A stretch of 63,532 bases of DNA, counting the filler, from Hyphochytrium catenoides (lineage: Eukaryota; Protista; Hyphochytriomycota), in NCBI GenBank assembly GCA_900088475.1. It is 10 parts of 10 records of this genome, joined end to end, with 100 filler letters (N's around TTAATTAATTAA, not from the genome) between each part and the next. Parts side by side here need not be neighbours in the genome. Positions count along the whole stretch, not along the records: positions 12,307 to 18,451 come from FLMG01004509.1; positions 18,552 to 20,577 come from FLMG01003888.1; positions 20,678 to 30,212 come from FLMG01004518.1; 7 more parts are not named here. The stretch is one strand, 5' to 3'. This document shows, one piece after another, positions 12,648 to 25,948 of this stretch. The translations under genes and the position numbers were made by a program. A model generated the notes under the pieces. The model searched no databases, was not told the DNA's origin, and saw nothing but the letters and a program-made list of their open reading frames with translations. Positions within the stretch are counted from its first letter, which is position 1; the number at the start of each line of letters is the position of its first letter.

Positions 12648-14353
12648 CAGTCAGGGGCAGTGTGCTACCTCTATAGTCAGTGATATCTTCAAGCTGCTGC
12701 TGCTGGGCGTAGGAAACCTCAGAGATATTTCTGAGGATCTGAGAAGAGAAAAGAGAGAGAGAGACGTTGAAAAACGCTTCGGAAAGAGAGAGAAGAGAAG
12801 GAGGACTGTAACTGTGCTCAAAATAGGGAAAGAGAGAGACCAAAGAAAAAGGAGAGAGAGACACGAAGTGAAAGGGAGATAGACACGATGAAGCGCTGTG
12901 TGTGCTTTGCACAAGCAGTTTCTTCCTCCTTTTGCTTTCTTGTTGAGATCTCTTCCCCGCTCGTATCTTCCAGATAGGCTCTCTCTCTCTCTCTCTCTCT
13001 NNNNNNNNNNNNNNNNNNNNNNNNNNNNNNNNNNNNNNNNNNNNNNNNNNNNNNNNTCACTCCATCATTCGCAGCCATCAGCTCTGCATTTTTGGCTGGG
13101 GGAGAGAGAGAGAGAGAGAGATGAACTCAGTCTACGGTCCAAAAGACAAGGAATGAGGAGAACAAACAGAGAAACAGAGAGCGGAAGGAGAGAACCAAAG
13201 GGGAAAGAAGCAGTACGAAGGAGAGAGAGAAAGGTGACTTTGACTAATAGAGAGAGAAGAGAGAGAGATTGGGAAGGAAATATGTTGATAGGTGCATTCT
13301 TGAGGGACTGAGAGAGAGAGAGAGAGAGAGAGCAGTAAGGATGCAGGGAAAGAGAGGAGAGAAAGAGAGACCAATCTTGAGAAGAGAGAGAGACACAACG
13401 GTTGTCTGAAGAGTAAGGAGAAAGAGAGAGAGGAGAGGAAGGAGAGAGCATTCCTCTGAAAATGGAAACGGAGACGGAGAGAGAGCAAGAGGGAGACAGA
13501 CAGAGAGAGAGAGAGATCCGGGGAAGGAGGGAGAGAGCAACGACTGTCTATCTCACAACGGGAGAGAGAGAGAGAGAGAAGGACAGTCCGCGCAACGGCT
13601 GAGAGAGGAAAAGAGAGAGAATCCTATCCGAGAGAGAAACTCACAGTTCATGGTGAGGTTAATAGCAAGACCGCCCAGCTCTTTGGCGACGAGCGGCTGC
13701 TTGAACTCGCGGATAAATCGCTGGAGCGTCGGCACAGCGTCGGTGCAAGTGAAGAGACCGCGTGTCTGCGTGTCAGGAGGATTTTTGTTGAGTTAGCAGG
13801 AGGTAGGAGAGAGAGAGAGAGAGAGAGAGAGAAGAGATGGAGAAAGGAAGAGAAAGAGAGAATGAAGCCCACGATGGCAGAGATATTAAGGGAAAGGCAA
13901 AGGTATCATCAAAGAGAGAGAGAGAGAGAAAGAAAGAAAAAAAAGAGAGAGAGAGAGAGAGTGAGAGAGAGAGAGAGAAAGAGAGAGACAAAGAGAGGGA
14001 GCGAGAGAGGGGGAGTGAGAGAGAGAGAGAGTGAGAGAGAGAGATCAGGGAATTAACCCGTCTTACCTTATCCTCTGTGGACAAGTGGTAGAGGATGCTG
14101 ACGACGATTCTCCCGGAGAAGGGCGGCGGTCGCAGGAACTCTAGGAGAGGCGTCAGGCCGCCCGCAGCCAGCAGCTGCTCCCGACACTCGCTGTCGAAGG
14201 AGAGATTGAACAGCAACCGAAGAGACATCTGGCGGATCTACAGGTGAAGGGAGGAAGTGGGAGAAGGGGAGAGAGAGAGAGAGAGAAAGAAGAAGAGAGA
14301 GAAAGTGTGAGAGAGTAGGTGCGAGAACAAGAGAGAGAGAGAAAGAGAGAGAG

Positions 14354-14402
<49 letters not shown>

Positions 14403-14858
14403 AGAGGGCCGGAGTAGCCGGAGACAGAAGAAAGCAGAAAGAAGAACATGGGAGGGAGAGAGAGAGTGCAACTACGACCACGGTAGGAGACAGACCCATC
14501 AGCAAAGAGAGAGAGAAAGAGAGAGAAGAGAGAGAGGGAAGACCTGATCCGAAGGTACTGCCAGAAGCTTTACGCAGTGTTCCACCACTCCGTGCTGACG
14601 CATCGCATCCTTGTTCTCCTCAAACACGCTGCGAAAGATTGTTGATGAGGGAGAGAGACAGAGATATATATACACACACGCAGAGCGAGAGAGAGACACA
14701 GAGAGACAGAGAGAGACAGAAACAGAGAGACAGAGAGAGAAAGAGAGCGCATAAAGACTGAGTACACTTTGCGTCAGCTCTCTCCGCCTCTCACCTTAGT
14801 TTCTTAAGAAAGTGGAGGACATGCAGGACCAGTGGTGGGCTCACGCGGGTAAGCATCT

Positions 14859-14915
<57 letters not shown>

Positions 14916-15447
14916 CAGTAAAAAAGAGAGATCAGAAAGAGAGAGACGACCATGACAGAGATCGTAGGACAGAGATGGATTGTCATTATTTAGCCAATGA
15001 GAGAAAGGTAGAGGAAAAAGAGAGAGGGGAAAGAGAGAAAGTGATAGAGAAAGAGAAAGAGGAAAGAGAGACGGTGAATGAGAAAGAGAGAGAGAAAAAG
15101 GAAGATAAGCGAGGAAAGAGGAAGAGAGAGCAAGGGTTACGCTTGAAGAGAGAGAGAGGACTCCCTTGACGGAGAGAAGTTGAAGAGAAGGAGAGAGTCA
15201 ACACAGAACTAAGGTCTGCGCCGAGCAAAGTAGAGGAGAAGAGAATGTTCGCCCCGGTCTCTCTTACTTCTGCGAGGCTCTGCACAATATCTTTCTTAAC
15301 CATTTTCCTCTGAACGTGAATGTCCTCCGCCAAGTTGACAAGTACCTGGAAACAGACGTACCTGGAAAGAGAGAGAGAGAGAGTAAGAGAGAGAGAGTAA
15401 GAGAGAGAGAGGGNNNNNNNNNNNNNNNNNNNNNNNNNNNNNNNNNN

Positions 15448-15482
<35 letters not shown>

Positions 15483-17178
15483 AATAGGAAGCGAGCGAGA
15501 GAGTGAGACAAGAGAGGGTGAGAGAGAAAAGGGAGAATGAAAGAGAGAGAAAGAGAAAAAGAGGAATAGGGGTACAGAGCAGCAGAAAGAGGGATAGGTG
15601 AGGATTTGAGATATAATCTAAGAACAGAGACACAGTGAACAGTGGTCTGTGCACAAATGAGAGACAGACAGAGAGAGAGAGGGTCATGGAAAGAGAGAGA
15701 AAGAGGGAGAGAGAGAGAAGAGAGAGAGAGAGAGAAAAAGAAAAGGACGCACAGGAGCTTGTTCTGCTTCTTCTGGGACGCTCGGAAGCTTCTCTTTGCC
15801 TTCTCCAGAGCTTTCTTCACATCTCCTCCTTTCTCTTCTATCGCCTTGAGACTCGCTCTCTCTTCCTCCTGCCGGTGTTTGTGTCTCTTTATCTCAAACT
15901 CTATGATTTTCATCGTGCTGGCGCCCACACGGAGAGAAGAGAGAGACGGATGCATTTGTCGGAAGGAAGAGAAACACCAGAAGATCCGCATAATGTTGGT
16001 CACCAGCTCCGTGCTCTTCTTATATTCATCCAGAAGCACGCGGGAGAGAAGACCCTGCGCGATAGAAGAGGAGAGAGAGTGTGAATGAGAGAGAGAGNNN
16101 NNNNNNNNNNNNNNNNNNNNNNNNNNNNNNNNNNNNNNNNNNNNNNNNNNNNNNNNNNNNNNNNNNNNNNNNNNNNNNNNNNNNNNNNNNNNNNNNNNNA
16201 GACAGAGAGAGAGAGAGACTAATTATAGAGACAACTGAGGAAGAGAAAGAAGAGGGGAAAAGTGATTGAAGAGAAACGAGGGTGCAGCGATAGACGAATT
16301 CGAAGAAGGAGAAGGGAGAGAGAGAGGGAGCGAGAGAGGAGCGAGAAATGGAGAGAGAGAAAAAGAGAGACAGATGGAGAGAGAAGGAGAAATAAAGAGA
16401 GAGAGAAAGAGAGAGAGAGAGAAGGGATTGTGAATGAAAAACAGAGAGAGAGAGAAAGAGAAGCATACCATGAGCATATCGTTCTGCAGCAGTTGCTCCA
16501 GTTGTGTCGGCCTGCGAGCGAGGGCAAGGATCTTCTGCGTGCCCAATATCTTCTCTTCTATAGACTCATACAGCTTCTCCATATAATTCTCCAACTCGTC
16601 CATGCTTGCGGTCTCTTCTTCCTCTTTTTCTCTCTCTCTCCCTGTACGAGAGGCCGGCTGTAGCTCATTGGCTTTTCTATAGCAGAAGAGAGAAAGAAGC
16701 ATGAAGGGAGAGAGAAGGGTCAAGACAAGAAGTCGTTAGACACAGAGAGTTAGAAGAGAAAGATAGAGAAAAGAGAAGAGAGAGACAGAGAAAAGAGAAG
16801 AGAGAGCAGTGCTTGAGACCTAAGGGAGTAACTATACAGGGTAGGAAGGGAGAAGAGTGCGTGTGTGAAGAGGGGCAAGAGAGAAAGAGACAAAGAGAGA
16901 AAAGAGAGAAAACAAAGAGAGAGAGAGCGAGACAGAGAGAGAGTACGTCGGAGATCGACTAGGGGCTGACAGGCAAGCTCATACTTCTCTCTTGCCGTCG
17001 CCTTCCTGTTGTCCTTCCCAGAGGCTGAGGATGGGGCCTTGCGCTGCTTCCCTTCCTCGTCAGACCCTCTCTCTCCATCTGTCCCGCTTTGCAACCTTCG
17101 CAGCAGTTCTTCTACATAAAGGAGCTAGATAGACAGACACCGAGTGAGAGGCAGAGAAAGAGAGAGAAAGAAAGAGGC

Positions 17179-17211
<33 letters not shown>

Positions 17212-17340
17212 GGGAGAGAGAGAGCCCAAATTAAAAGCTTTGCTTCTATTTTCTTAATTCCCGTCGCATCCTTTCAGGTTGTGCTTCTTCGATATGCTCT
17301 CTTGGCTCTTACACTGACCAACCCCTATCCCTCATCCTCG

Positions 17341-17372
<32 letters not shown>

Positions 17373-18087
17373 NNNNNNNNNNNNNNNNNNNNNNNNNNNN
17401 NNNNNGATAATCTCCTCATATTTGTCACAAATCTTTCTCGCGAGCGCCTGAATATTTGTCTTCTCATCCACATCTAGTCCGATCTTCTTCTTCTTTCTCG
17501 CTCCTTCGGCCTCATAGTAAACCACCAGGAGAGAGTTACTAGCATCCAGCTCGATCGCGTTCTGACATCAACAGAAGAGAGAGACGGAGAGAGAGAGAGA
17601 GAGAGAGAGAGTAAGTGAGAGACAGAGGGAGAGAGACGGAAAGAGAGAGACAAGGAGGGAGAGAGAGAGGAGAGAGAGAGAGAGAGAGAACAGAGAGAGA
17701 GAGAGAAAGGAAGAGAGAGAGAGAGAGTGAGAGAGAGAAGAGAAAGGGAGAGAGAGAGAGTGAGAAAGAGAGAGAGAAAGAGAAAGAGAAGAGAAAGGCG
17801 GAGAGAGAGTGAGAGAGAGTGTGAGAGAGAGAGTAGTGAGAGATTTGAGTTCTGACCAAATTCAAAACGGACGGCACTGAGAGCGGACAGAGGAAGTAAA
17901 GAGAGAAGAGAGAGGTGATGCGAGATAGAGGTGAAGAGAGAAGATCAAAGACACGACGACAGAGAGAGAGCCTGGGAGAGAGAGCGCAGTAGACGAAGAC
18001 TGAAAGCGAGATGAGCGAAGGGGAGAAGGAGATGGATGGCGAGTTAAAAGAAGAGAATGAACAAACCTTCTTCACGCTCCGCGACAT
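12560..18087 (-). CDS. KIFAP3: Kinesin-II associated protein (KAP3/FLA3), armadillo-repeat; many exons, 3' truncated by contig end
   Basis: Successive exons match the conserved KAP3 motif order: ASMDELENYMEKLYESIEEKILGTQKILALAR; LLDEYKKSTELVTNIMRIFWCFSSF; QKKQNKLL|YVCFQVLVNLAED..RKMVKKDIV; FLKKLS|VFEENK; LRLLFNLSFD; ILYHLSTEDK; LAINLTMNSKNAELM; ILRNISE. Confidence 0.93.
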
Positions 18088-18551
18088 CTTCCGTCAACCT
18101 TGGACCTGAGTAGACAATGAGCTCTGTTGCTCTCTCTCTCTCTCTGTGCTTCTCTCTCTGACTTTTATTTTCCTTATTTCTCTCTCTCTTTCTCTGCTCT
18201 TCTTCTCCTTCTCGTTTGTTCTCCTCTTTCTGTGCCTTTCTTTTCTTTCTTCTAGAGCTTTAATTGCAGCTGTAGGTGATCGGTCTCTAGAAGAGAGAGA
18301 GAGAGAGAGAAAAAGAGAGTACAAGCTGTGACTAGAGAGAGAGACAGAGAGTATAACCTGTGACTGTCTCTGTCTCTCCTGATACGACTGACAGGCGCGG
18401 AAGAGAAGAGAAGGTTGTCAGAGAAATCTTCTACGTAGAGGAAAGGAGGGCNNNNNNNNNNNNNNNNNNNNNNNNNNNNNNNNNNNNNNNNNNNNTTAAT
18501 TAATTAANNNNNNNNNNNNNNNNNNNNNNNNNNNNNNNNNNNNNNNNNNNN

Positions 18552-19465
18552 GATGAGTTAGACCTCCTCGTTCACATTGAGGATGAGAATCAGACACTGC
18601 TGGCTGATGGCAAAGACCCGCTCACTAGTAAGGACTTCACAGAGACAAGCAAGAAGAACTGGAAGAAGAATGATCGGAAGACGATCAACAAACTGGTTCC
18701 CCTAGTTTTTTCCGATGAGCTCCTGTCGCTGCTGGAAGGGCAAGAATCAGCGTACGCGGGTTGGCTCAAACTGCAGGAGCAGATGGATGGAAAGGAAGGA
18801 GACAACGTCCTCAATCATGCGCGTCTTCAGGAGATCACCAACTCAAGGTTTGATTCTGGAGGCACCACCTCTCTGAGATCCCACCTGACCACCGTGAAAC
18901 AGAGGAAAGAGGCTCTAAAGAATATCTTCGAAAGGAGAAACAAGAAAGAGAACCAGCAGGACATTTATGAGACAATCCTGAACAGAGAAGAGTGTCTAAC
19001 TCTGTACACTTTCCGGATACTCTACCCTCTTCGGAGATGAATGCCCTTTCTGCTCCAGGGGAAAGGAAAAGAGAAGATCTCCCACATCAGCGAAGACAGG
19101 AGAAACCTGCGCGTGGTAGCAGGCAGTGCGGCATCTGCCGGAAAAGGGGACATAACAGCGCAGACTGTTTTGAGCTTCCGGAGAACGCTGCTCGCAGGCC
19201 AACTGGCTGGAAGTCTCGCGTCCACTTGGACAAGTTGCCGCTGGTACAGGAGCCCAGCAGCAAAAGGAATGTTCAGCAACTTAGTGCTCTCATAGCTGCT
19301 CTCCTATCCTCCACTTCTTCTCCACCAGAAGCTCTATCATCAGTTGACACTAATGAATTGAAATTAGCCAATCAGTATACAAAGTCTTCTGTCGACTCTG
19401 GTGAATCCCTTACCCTAGCTTCTATCCAGCAGGCTGCAGCGAAGGCGAAAGCCGTCCCAGAGTAG
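18552..19465 (+). pseudogene. Ty1/copia gag fragment (UBN2-type gag plus CCHC zinc knuckle), frameshifted
   Basis: Frame NWKKNDRKTINKL..DELLSLLEGQESAYAGWLKLQEQ is gag-like. After a frameshift near 19000-19040 comes CGICRKRGHNSADC (C-x2-C-x4-H-x4-C). Confidence 0.75.
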
Positions 19466-19830
19466 CCACAAATGGCTGCTAGGCAGCGGATGCTCTGATG
19501 AATTTTACAGAGCTGGGTGGCAATGCCTGAAGCTTCTGTATGAGCACAATCTAGATGAAACGATAACAAAGGGACTGGGTATTGGTCTGTGATTGAGATT
19601 CTTCTGAATGATCGCTGAGTCCTGAGAGTCTGGTCTCGAGATTTTTTGCTCGGCCCAGCTTCCCTCATCATCTCTCTCTCCTGTGCTGCTCCTGTGTTCT
19701 CCTGGAAATTCTTCTCACATCCCTCTTCCCCATAACACAGGTGTACCCGTAATGTCTATGTCCCTGAGAGCTAGGTGTGTATAGAGAGTGACTACTGTAC
19801 TACTGACAACGAACATTGTAGCACTCAACA
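19390..19830 (-). mobile_element. Putative 3' LTR of a copia element, preceded by the polypurine tract TGAGGGGGAG (19831-19840, minus strand)
   Basis: The minus strand reads TGAGGGGGAG|TGTTGAG shortly after the RNase H ORF. A candidate ...TCGACA end lies at 19390, but this distal end is uncertain. Confidence 0.6.
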
Positions 19831-19890
19831 CTCCCCCTCATACCTAGCTTCTCTGGATCATCAGTGGTGACGGTCGAACAATTAATTCAC

Positions 19891-20577
19891 CTAATTGTCG
19901 GTCTCACTCACTCTCTCCCCCTCAGACGAAGCTAGGTGGGTAGTGGCAAGAGTACTGACACTAGGAGGGAGCACTCCAAGGTGAGGGCGCAGTGTCCGAA
20001 AGAGAGGAGCAGGTAAAGGCTTGGTGAGGCAATCGGCTACCATAGCTGCAAAGGGAGTATAGACCAGCTTAATTCTCCCCTTGGCGACCTTCTCTTGCAG
20101 GACACAGTGCTTGACATCTAAAGTCTTTGACTTTGGTCGTGACGAAGAGCAGAGGACAATTGCGCTTTGGTTGTCATGATTAATAGGGATGGGCAGCTGG
20201 TTGGAGAAGCCAAGCTCGCTAAGGAGCACACTGAAGTGCTCTGCGACCTGGCTTGCGGACCAAAGAGAGACGCACTCCGCTTCGGTGGTTGACGACGCTC
20301 TGAGAGATTGTTTCTATGACTTCCATGAAGAAGCACCTACCGCCGTTGAGGCTCAATAAATAGCCTGTGATAAACTTGCGGTCAGCTGGGTCACTGGCCC
20401 AATTAGCATCAGCCTGGACCGAGAGTTCAATAGGGGTACCTCCCCCTAGACACAAGGAGTACTCTTGGGTGGCCTTCAGGTAGGTGAAGATACGTTTGAC
20501 AGCCTCCCAGTGAACGGGGCGGAAGGTAGTGGCGTGTTGGCTCACAGCTTGTACCGCATAAGCGATATCAGGCCGCG
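19891..20577 (-). pseudogene. Ty1/copia pol C-terminus (end of RT plus RNase H), inactivated
   Basis: Motifs RPDIAYAV, WEAVKRIFTYLK, ADANWASDPADRK, SWKS*KQ..SSTTEAE, DNQSAI and MVADCLTKPL. There is a frameshift near 20335 and an in-frame TAG. Confidence 0.93.
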
Positions 20578-20967
20578 NNNNNNNNNNNNNNNNNNNNNNN
20601 NNNNNNNNNNNNNNNNNNNNNTTAATTAATTAANNNNNNNNNNNNNNNNNNNNNNNNNNNNNNNNNNNNNNNNNNNNGAGAGAGAGAGAGAGAGAGAGAA
20701 AGGAAGAAGCACACGGAGGAAAAGACAGAGAAAGAGAGGAGAGAGAGGAGAGAAAGAAGTTGAGAAAGAAGAAAACCAAGAGCAGAGGGAGAAGAAAGAG
20801 GAGAGAGAAGAGGGAGAAGACAAGAGAGAGGAAGAAGAGTAAAGAGAGAAAGATACTAGGAGAGAGAAAGAAGAGGGAGAGAGGGATAAGGGTAGACCGT
20901 AGTTGGACGTGACAGATTAACACAAAGCCCATGGAAGAGTGAATCTATCGAGAAGAGGAGAAACTTA

Positions 20968-21594
20968 CTTCACAAGGAGCTTCAATACCCGCGTATCGTC
21001 CTCCTCACCATCCTCCCCTGCCTGGCAGCCAACGAGAGGAGAGAAACGTCAATTTTTGGCAAAGGAACAGGAGTAAGTCGCCCGACACAGAGTTGTGGGA
21101 GAGAAGGAGGCTTGAGTGAGAGAGAGAGTTAGAGAGAGAGAGAGAGANNNNNNNNNNNNNNNNNNNNNNNNNNNNNNNNNNNNNNNNNNNNNNNNNNNNN
21201 NNNNNNGAGAGAGAGAGAGAGAGAGGGGTATAGCCAGCAAAAGAAAGCCGGAAGAGGATCTTGGATGGGGAGACGAAACGAGATATATAAAGGCCAAGGG
21301 CAGATGGCCAGAAGAGACAGACTCAATTCTCGGTGCTCTTGCCTTCATCTCAGCTTCTGCTTCGGGGGACGATAGAGCAGCATCCTCCAGCCTGTCTCCA
21401 TCCTCGCCCCTGGCTGTCTCTGCTTCCTTGCCTTTCAGCTTTTCTTCATTCTGTGTCTGCTGCTGAGCAGTTTCGTCGGTCTGAGAGGGAGGAGGAGAGG
21501 CAGAGAGACAGACTTCAACGGCTTCAGATTTGACTGGCGCGTCATTCTCCTGCGGCTTCTGTCCTCCGTCAGCCTGGTTCGCTGTGTTCTCCAT
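20968..21594 (-). CDS. Hypothetical protein, first exons only (3' truncated by contig end)
   Basis: ATG at 21594 starts the acidic open frame MENTANQADGGQKPQE.... A further exon AGEDGEEDDTRVLKLLV ends at a GTAAG donor. Introns are CT-rich on the minus strand. Confidence 0.5.
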
Positions 21595-21933
21595 CGCTGC
21601 CTAGTTCAATGTCCCCAAGGTACTGGATGTGCTCCAAGCAGTCGATTGAAAGCTGGGAGAGAGCCACGGACCACCGAAAGAAGAGAACCTATCTCTGCTG
21701 AGGGTTTAGCTGGCTGAGTCGTTCTCTTCAGTAGCCGCGGCTGTAGACTCAGGTTGCTCCTTCCTGCTGACTCGCCCTTTCGATGCAATCTGCTTTAGAG
21801 CTGTGTCGAATGACCATGAGCCAGCCCTTTCATAGATTATCTCTCGCCTCTTGCTCTCTGTCTCTGTTTCCTTCTTGCTTTGTTCCCGCTTGTTTTACCC
21901 TCTCTCAACCCGTATGTCTCTCTCTCTCTGGCC

Positions 21934-21974
<41 letters not shown>

Positions 21975-22690
21975 CCTCTCTCTCTCGCTCTTCTCTGCCT
22001 CTCTTTCCTTTCTCTTCTCTTTCTCTCCGGCACCCTTCAGTCTCTCTCTCTCCCGCTCGTTCGTCTCTCTTTGTCTATCTCTTTCAACCACGTCTGTCTC
22101 TCAACGTCACGCTCTTTTCCCTCCTTCCCCATCTGTAAACCTCTGATTAACGGTCTGGATCGGTCTCGCTTTTAGTCCCACTCCTGTCTCTGGGTGACTC
22201 TGTCTATATTATAATCCTTATATTCTTCGTTTGAGATAAATTTCTTTGGCCTCTGTCTAACACCCCAAATATCTCTTCGCCATCCACTATCGCTTCGCTT
22301 GGTTGTCCTGTCCTGCCCAGCGTGTAACGCCCGAAATCCAACAGCGATGCAAAAGAAGCATTTATTCGCTATAAAAGCTACCCTAATTATTACTATTCCG
22401 AATAACAGTGATGGGTTGGTCCAACTGTTCTGTTCGGTGATCCCAAGAGTGCAGCCCAAGAAGAAGGCGCGGCCCGCCCCACTGCCAGGTGCGCGGGCGC
22501 GACCAGGAAGGTAAGCACGACGGAGGATCCAGAAGACTTCTTTAATCTGCTGGATGCTATGCCAATGATCTTCCTCAGCTTGAGAAGATCTGTCGGAGGG
22601 CAGAGGTAGGCAAGAGTGGTAGGTTGCAGCTTTGGGACGGACCTTTCTGTCTGATAATATCTAGGAAAGGAGTTAGTGAAGATGACTACT

Positions 22691-22868
22691 ACCAGCTGCA
22701 TAGGTCGCGATCAGGCATCTCGAAAGACCAACGAGACGAGTGACTGCTGGTCCCTTCGATCCATCTATGGTGCTCTTACTTAAAAGTGTCAGTGATAACC
22801 AGCTGCACAGGTCGCGATCAGGCATCAGAGGACCGACTGACTGCAGGTCCCTGTGCTCATTTTTAAAA
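22691..22868. repeat. Degenerate direct duplication
   Basis: ACCAGCTGCAyAGGTCGCGATCAGGCATC occurs at 22691-22719 and 22798-22826 (1 mismatch). TGACTGCwGGTCCCT occurs at 22741 and 22838. Confidence 0.8.
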
Positions 22869-24431
22869 TGAGGAGCACGAACTCTGTCAATATCTTCGCT
22901 TATAGCATTCGGTCATGAAGGTCTTCTGATACGTCTTTTCGCTTCCACGATGGCATGGGTTGTTGATGGACACGTTAGCTTTCCACGTAGTGACGCGACG
23001 AGAAAGACGATGCTGGGATGAAGGGCAATGGCTTCTGGCACAAGCGTATGCGGCTTGCAGCAGGAGGCTCTTCTGGCGTCAGGATAGGCCGCAGAAGTAA
23101 GCAGGGTCATAGGTCTTTATTGTTAGGGGTCCTTAGTTGCCGATGCCGGCTTATCGAGCGTGAGAAGGAAACAAAGAAGGCTTCCAGTGACAACGCGTAA
23201 GCTTCTACGATCAAACATCGCAGAGACACTATTGGCAGTTCCCTTCGACTAACAAAAGAGAATCTAATGTCTAAGACCAAGCCAGCTAGCCTCTGCCCTG
23301 TTATGGTATGTTCACTCTCTCTTCGTAGTGTATAGCTCTCTACGACTTCACGTAATCGTTGGTTTTGGAGGAGGAGAGGGATGTAAGAAGATAGAATCGG
23401 CATGTCACTTTGCCCGCTTCGTCGTGGTTGAGCCATTAGCGAAGGACGATAGAGCTGATGCCGGCACTGTCCCTCTTCGCCTCATGTCTACAGAGCTCGA
23501 GCTTCCTAATCAAGCTGAAAAACTNNNNNNNNNNNNNNNNNNNNNNNNNNNNNNNNNNNNNNNNNNNNNNNNNNNNNNNNNNNNNNNNNNNNNNNNNNNN
23601 NNNNNCAGGAGCATAGTCAACAAGAAGAAGGAAGATGCAAGGCGTCGGAGAAGCTGTAGGAGATCCGATCATAGATTCCAAAAAGATAGCCGTTAACGAT
23701 CTTCATCTTCAGCACCAAAATTGGTGTGTTCAATCACATCGCGGGCATATCTCGTGGTATTCTTTTTGCCAACTTGTGCGAACCTTTGCGATAAAATTGT
23801 TAGTTGATATAGGGAGAAAAAGAGGACTCTTTCTTCGTATTTGAACTATCTCACCTGGGCTCTGTCTCACCACTCCTTGCTAATAGTCTCCCCTGTTAGG
23901 CCCTGCTCCTCCCGCCACAGAAGTTCGGGTTGGGGGTTTTGAATCACAATCCCCATTCTTCTCTCTGTCTCTTCTCTCTCTTTCTCTGTCTCTCTCCTTT
24001 CTCTGTCTCTCTCCTTTCTCTGTCTCTCTCCTTTCTCTGTCTCTCCTCTCTCCTATCGCTCTTTCTCCCAAATTCTTATCCCACTCTCATCTTTCACCTC
24101 TCCCTCTGTCTCCCACTTGTACATCTTGGTGTTCCTCGTCTTCTNNNNNNNNNNNNNNNNNNNNCTCTCTCTTTTCCTCTCTCTTTCGCTTTCTCTCTCT
24201 CTCACCTCTGTCTCTCTCTCTCTCTCTTCCTCATAACCTCCCTGGCAATAACTTCGACCTTCAGATTATTGAGAAAGATCCATCACAGATCACCATTGTC
24301 ATCCTGCATCTTCTCCCTCTTCCAGAGTTTCCGCGAGCTGGCACATCTCCCAGTCTCTCTTTCCCAGCAATCTTCTTCCACTGTGGCCGCTTTCTGGAGA
24401 TAACAAGGTAGACGAAGCGTTAGACAGAGAA

Positions 24432-24462
<31 letters not shown>

Positions 24463-24737
24463 GAAGAGAAAAAGCAAACAGCAACCTTGTTATCTGATCC
24501 TGTCCGTGCTCTCTTTTTGGTTGGCTCTTGAGCTCTACGTCCGAGAACCCTCCCGCTTCTGTCATCCTGCTTGCATGCTGATCACTTGGCTACCTCTCTC
24601 TCTCTCTCTTGGTCTCTCTCCCTCTCTCTCTCTCTGTTGCTCTCTTCTGCTGTCCTCTGATTTCTTTTCAGGAAGAGTCTCTTAGTCCTGGTTTCTGTCT
24701 CTCTTCTCTCTTGCCTTGACATCGACAGGAAGAAAAG

Positions 24738-25455
24738 ATGTCTGACACAGATCCTACTGGGCCGGGGAATGTTGTCTGGGTGCTCCTGGAAGGTAAAAAG
24801 ATTGTGTCTCCTCTTCTTACTCTCGCTGAGAAGAGTCATATCTCTCTCTGTCTTCCCTACGGTGCTCTCTTTCCCTCTCTCTTTTCTCTCCTCCTCTCTC
24901 TCTCTTCCCCTTGTTGACCGTCTGTCAGGATATCCTTGGTGGCCAGCCTTTGTCTGCAACCCTTTCACCCTGAGAGAGAAGCTCTGGAAGCTTGGTAAGA
25001 GTCATCTCTTTTCTCTCTTTCTCTTCTTTCTCTTACTCTAACGATCTTAGTGCGGCTATGCCTTCCCTCGAGTCTCTCCCTTATTCTTCTGTCGCATATC
25101 CTGACCGTCAGCCACTCATCTACTCCTCTTATATTTCTCTCTCTCTCTGTGTCTTTCTCTCTCTCTCTCTGTCTCTCTTGCTCTCTCTCTCTCTCTCTCT
25201 GTCTCTCTCTTGCTCTCTCTGCTCTCTGTCTGTCTCCGTCTGTCGTTATGCAGGTGACGGACATAAGAAGATCCTTCGAAAGGCTCGAAGCTTCCCAAAT
25301 GACTTTCGGCTGGTCTATTTCTTCTTCTCACACGACTTGTACGAGCGACATCCTTCACTTTCTGTGTCTCCTTTGCCTTCTGCCTTCTCTCTCCTCTGGA
25401 TGCCATTCTTCCACTCTCTCGTTTTGCTCTCTCTCTCTGTCTCGCTTTCTCTCTC

Positions 25456-25488
<33 letters not shown>

Positions 25489-25621
25489 TCTCTCTCCGTT
25501 TCTCTTTCCTTTGCTATCTCTCTTCTTTGTGCTCTCCTTCCATTGCTCTCTCTTCCTCTCGCCTTATTGAGTCTATCGTTCTACCGAAAAGACTGCAGCA
25601 ATCCCATTCCTTCTAGTCTAT

Positions 25622-25659
<38 letters not shown>

Positions 25660-25906
25660 ACTGCTCGAGTCCATTCTAGCACAGGAGGAAACTACCTCTC
25701 CCCTCGGTCATTGCCCGCAACTCTTTTTCTCTGTCTAATTGCTATCCATCTCCGACGTTCATGTCTCTAGCCAAATCTTCTCCGTGAAGAAAAATGTCAT
25801 ACGTCCGTGGTATTGTCCTGAATCAGAAAAGTATAGAAAATGCTGGCCCGAGAAGCTGAGGACCAAGGTAGAATGCTCTTACATGCGCACTTGTGGTAGG
25901 CTGGGT

Positions 25907-25948
<42 letters not shown>

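Noticed and set aside
23107-24565. Minus-strand gene divergent from the PWWP gene
   Set aside because: There is a plausible first exon (MTEAGGFSDVELK..) but no consistent downstream exons or domain, so support is insufficient.
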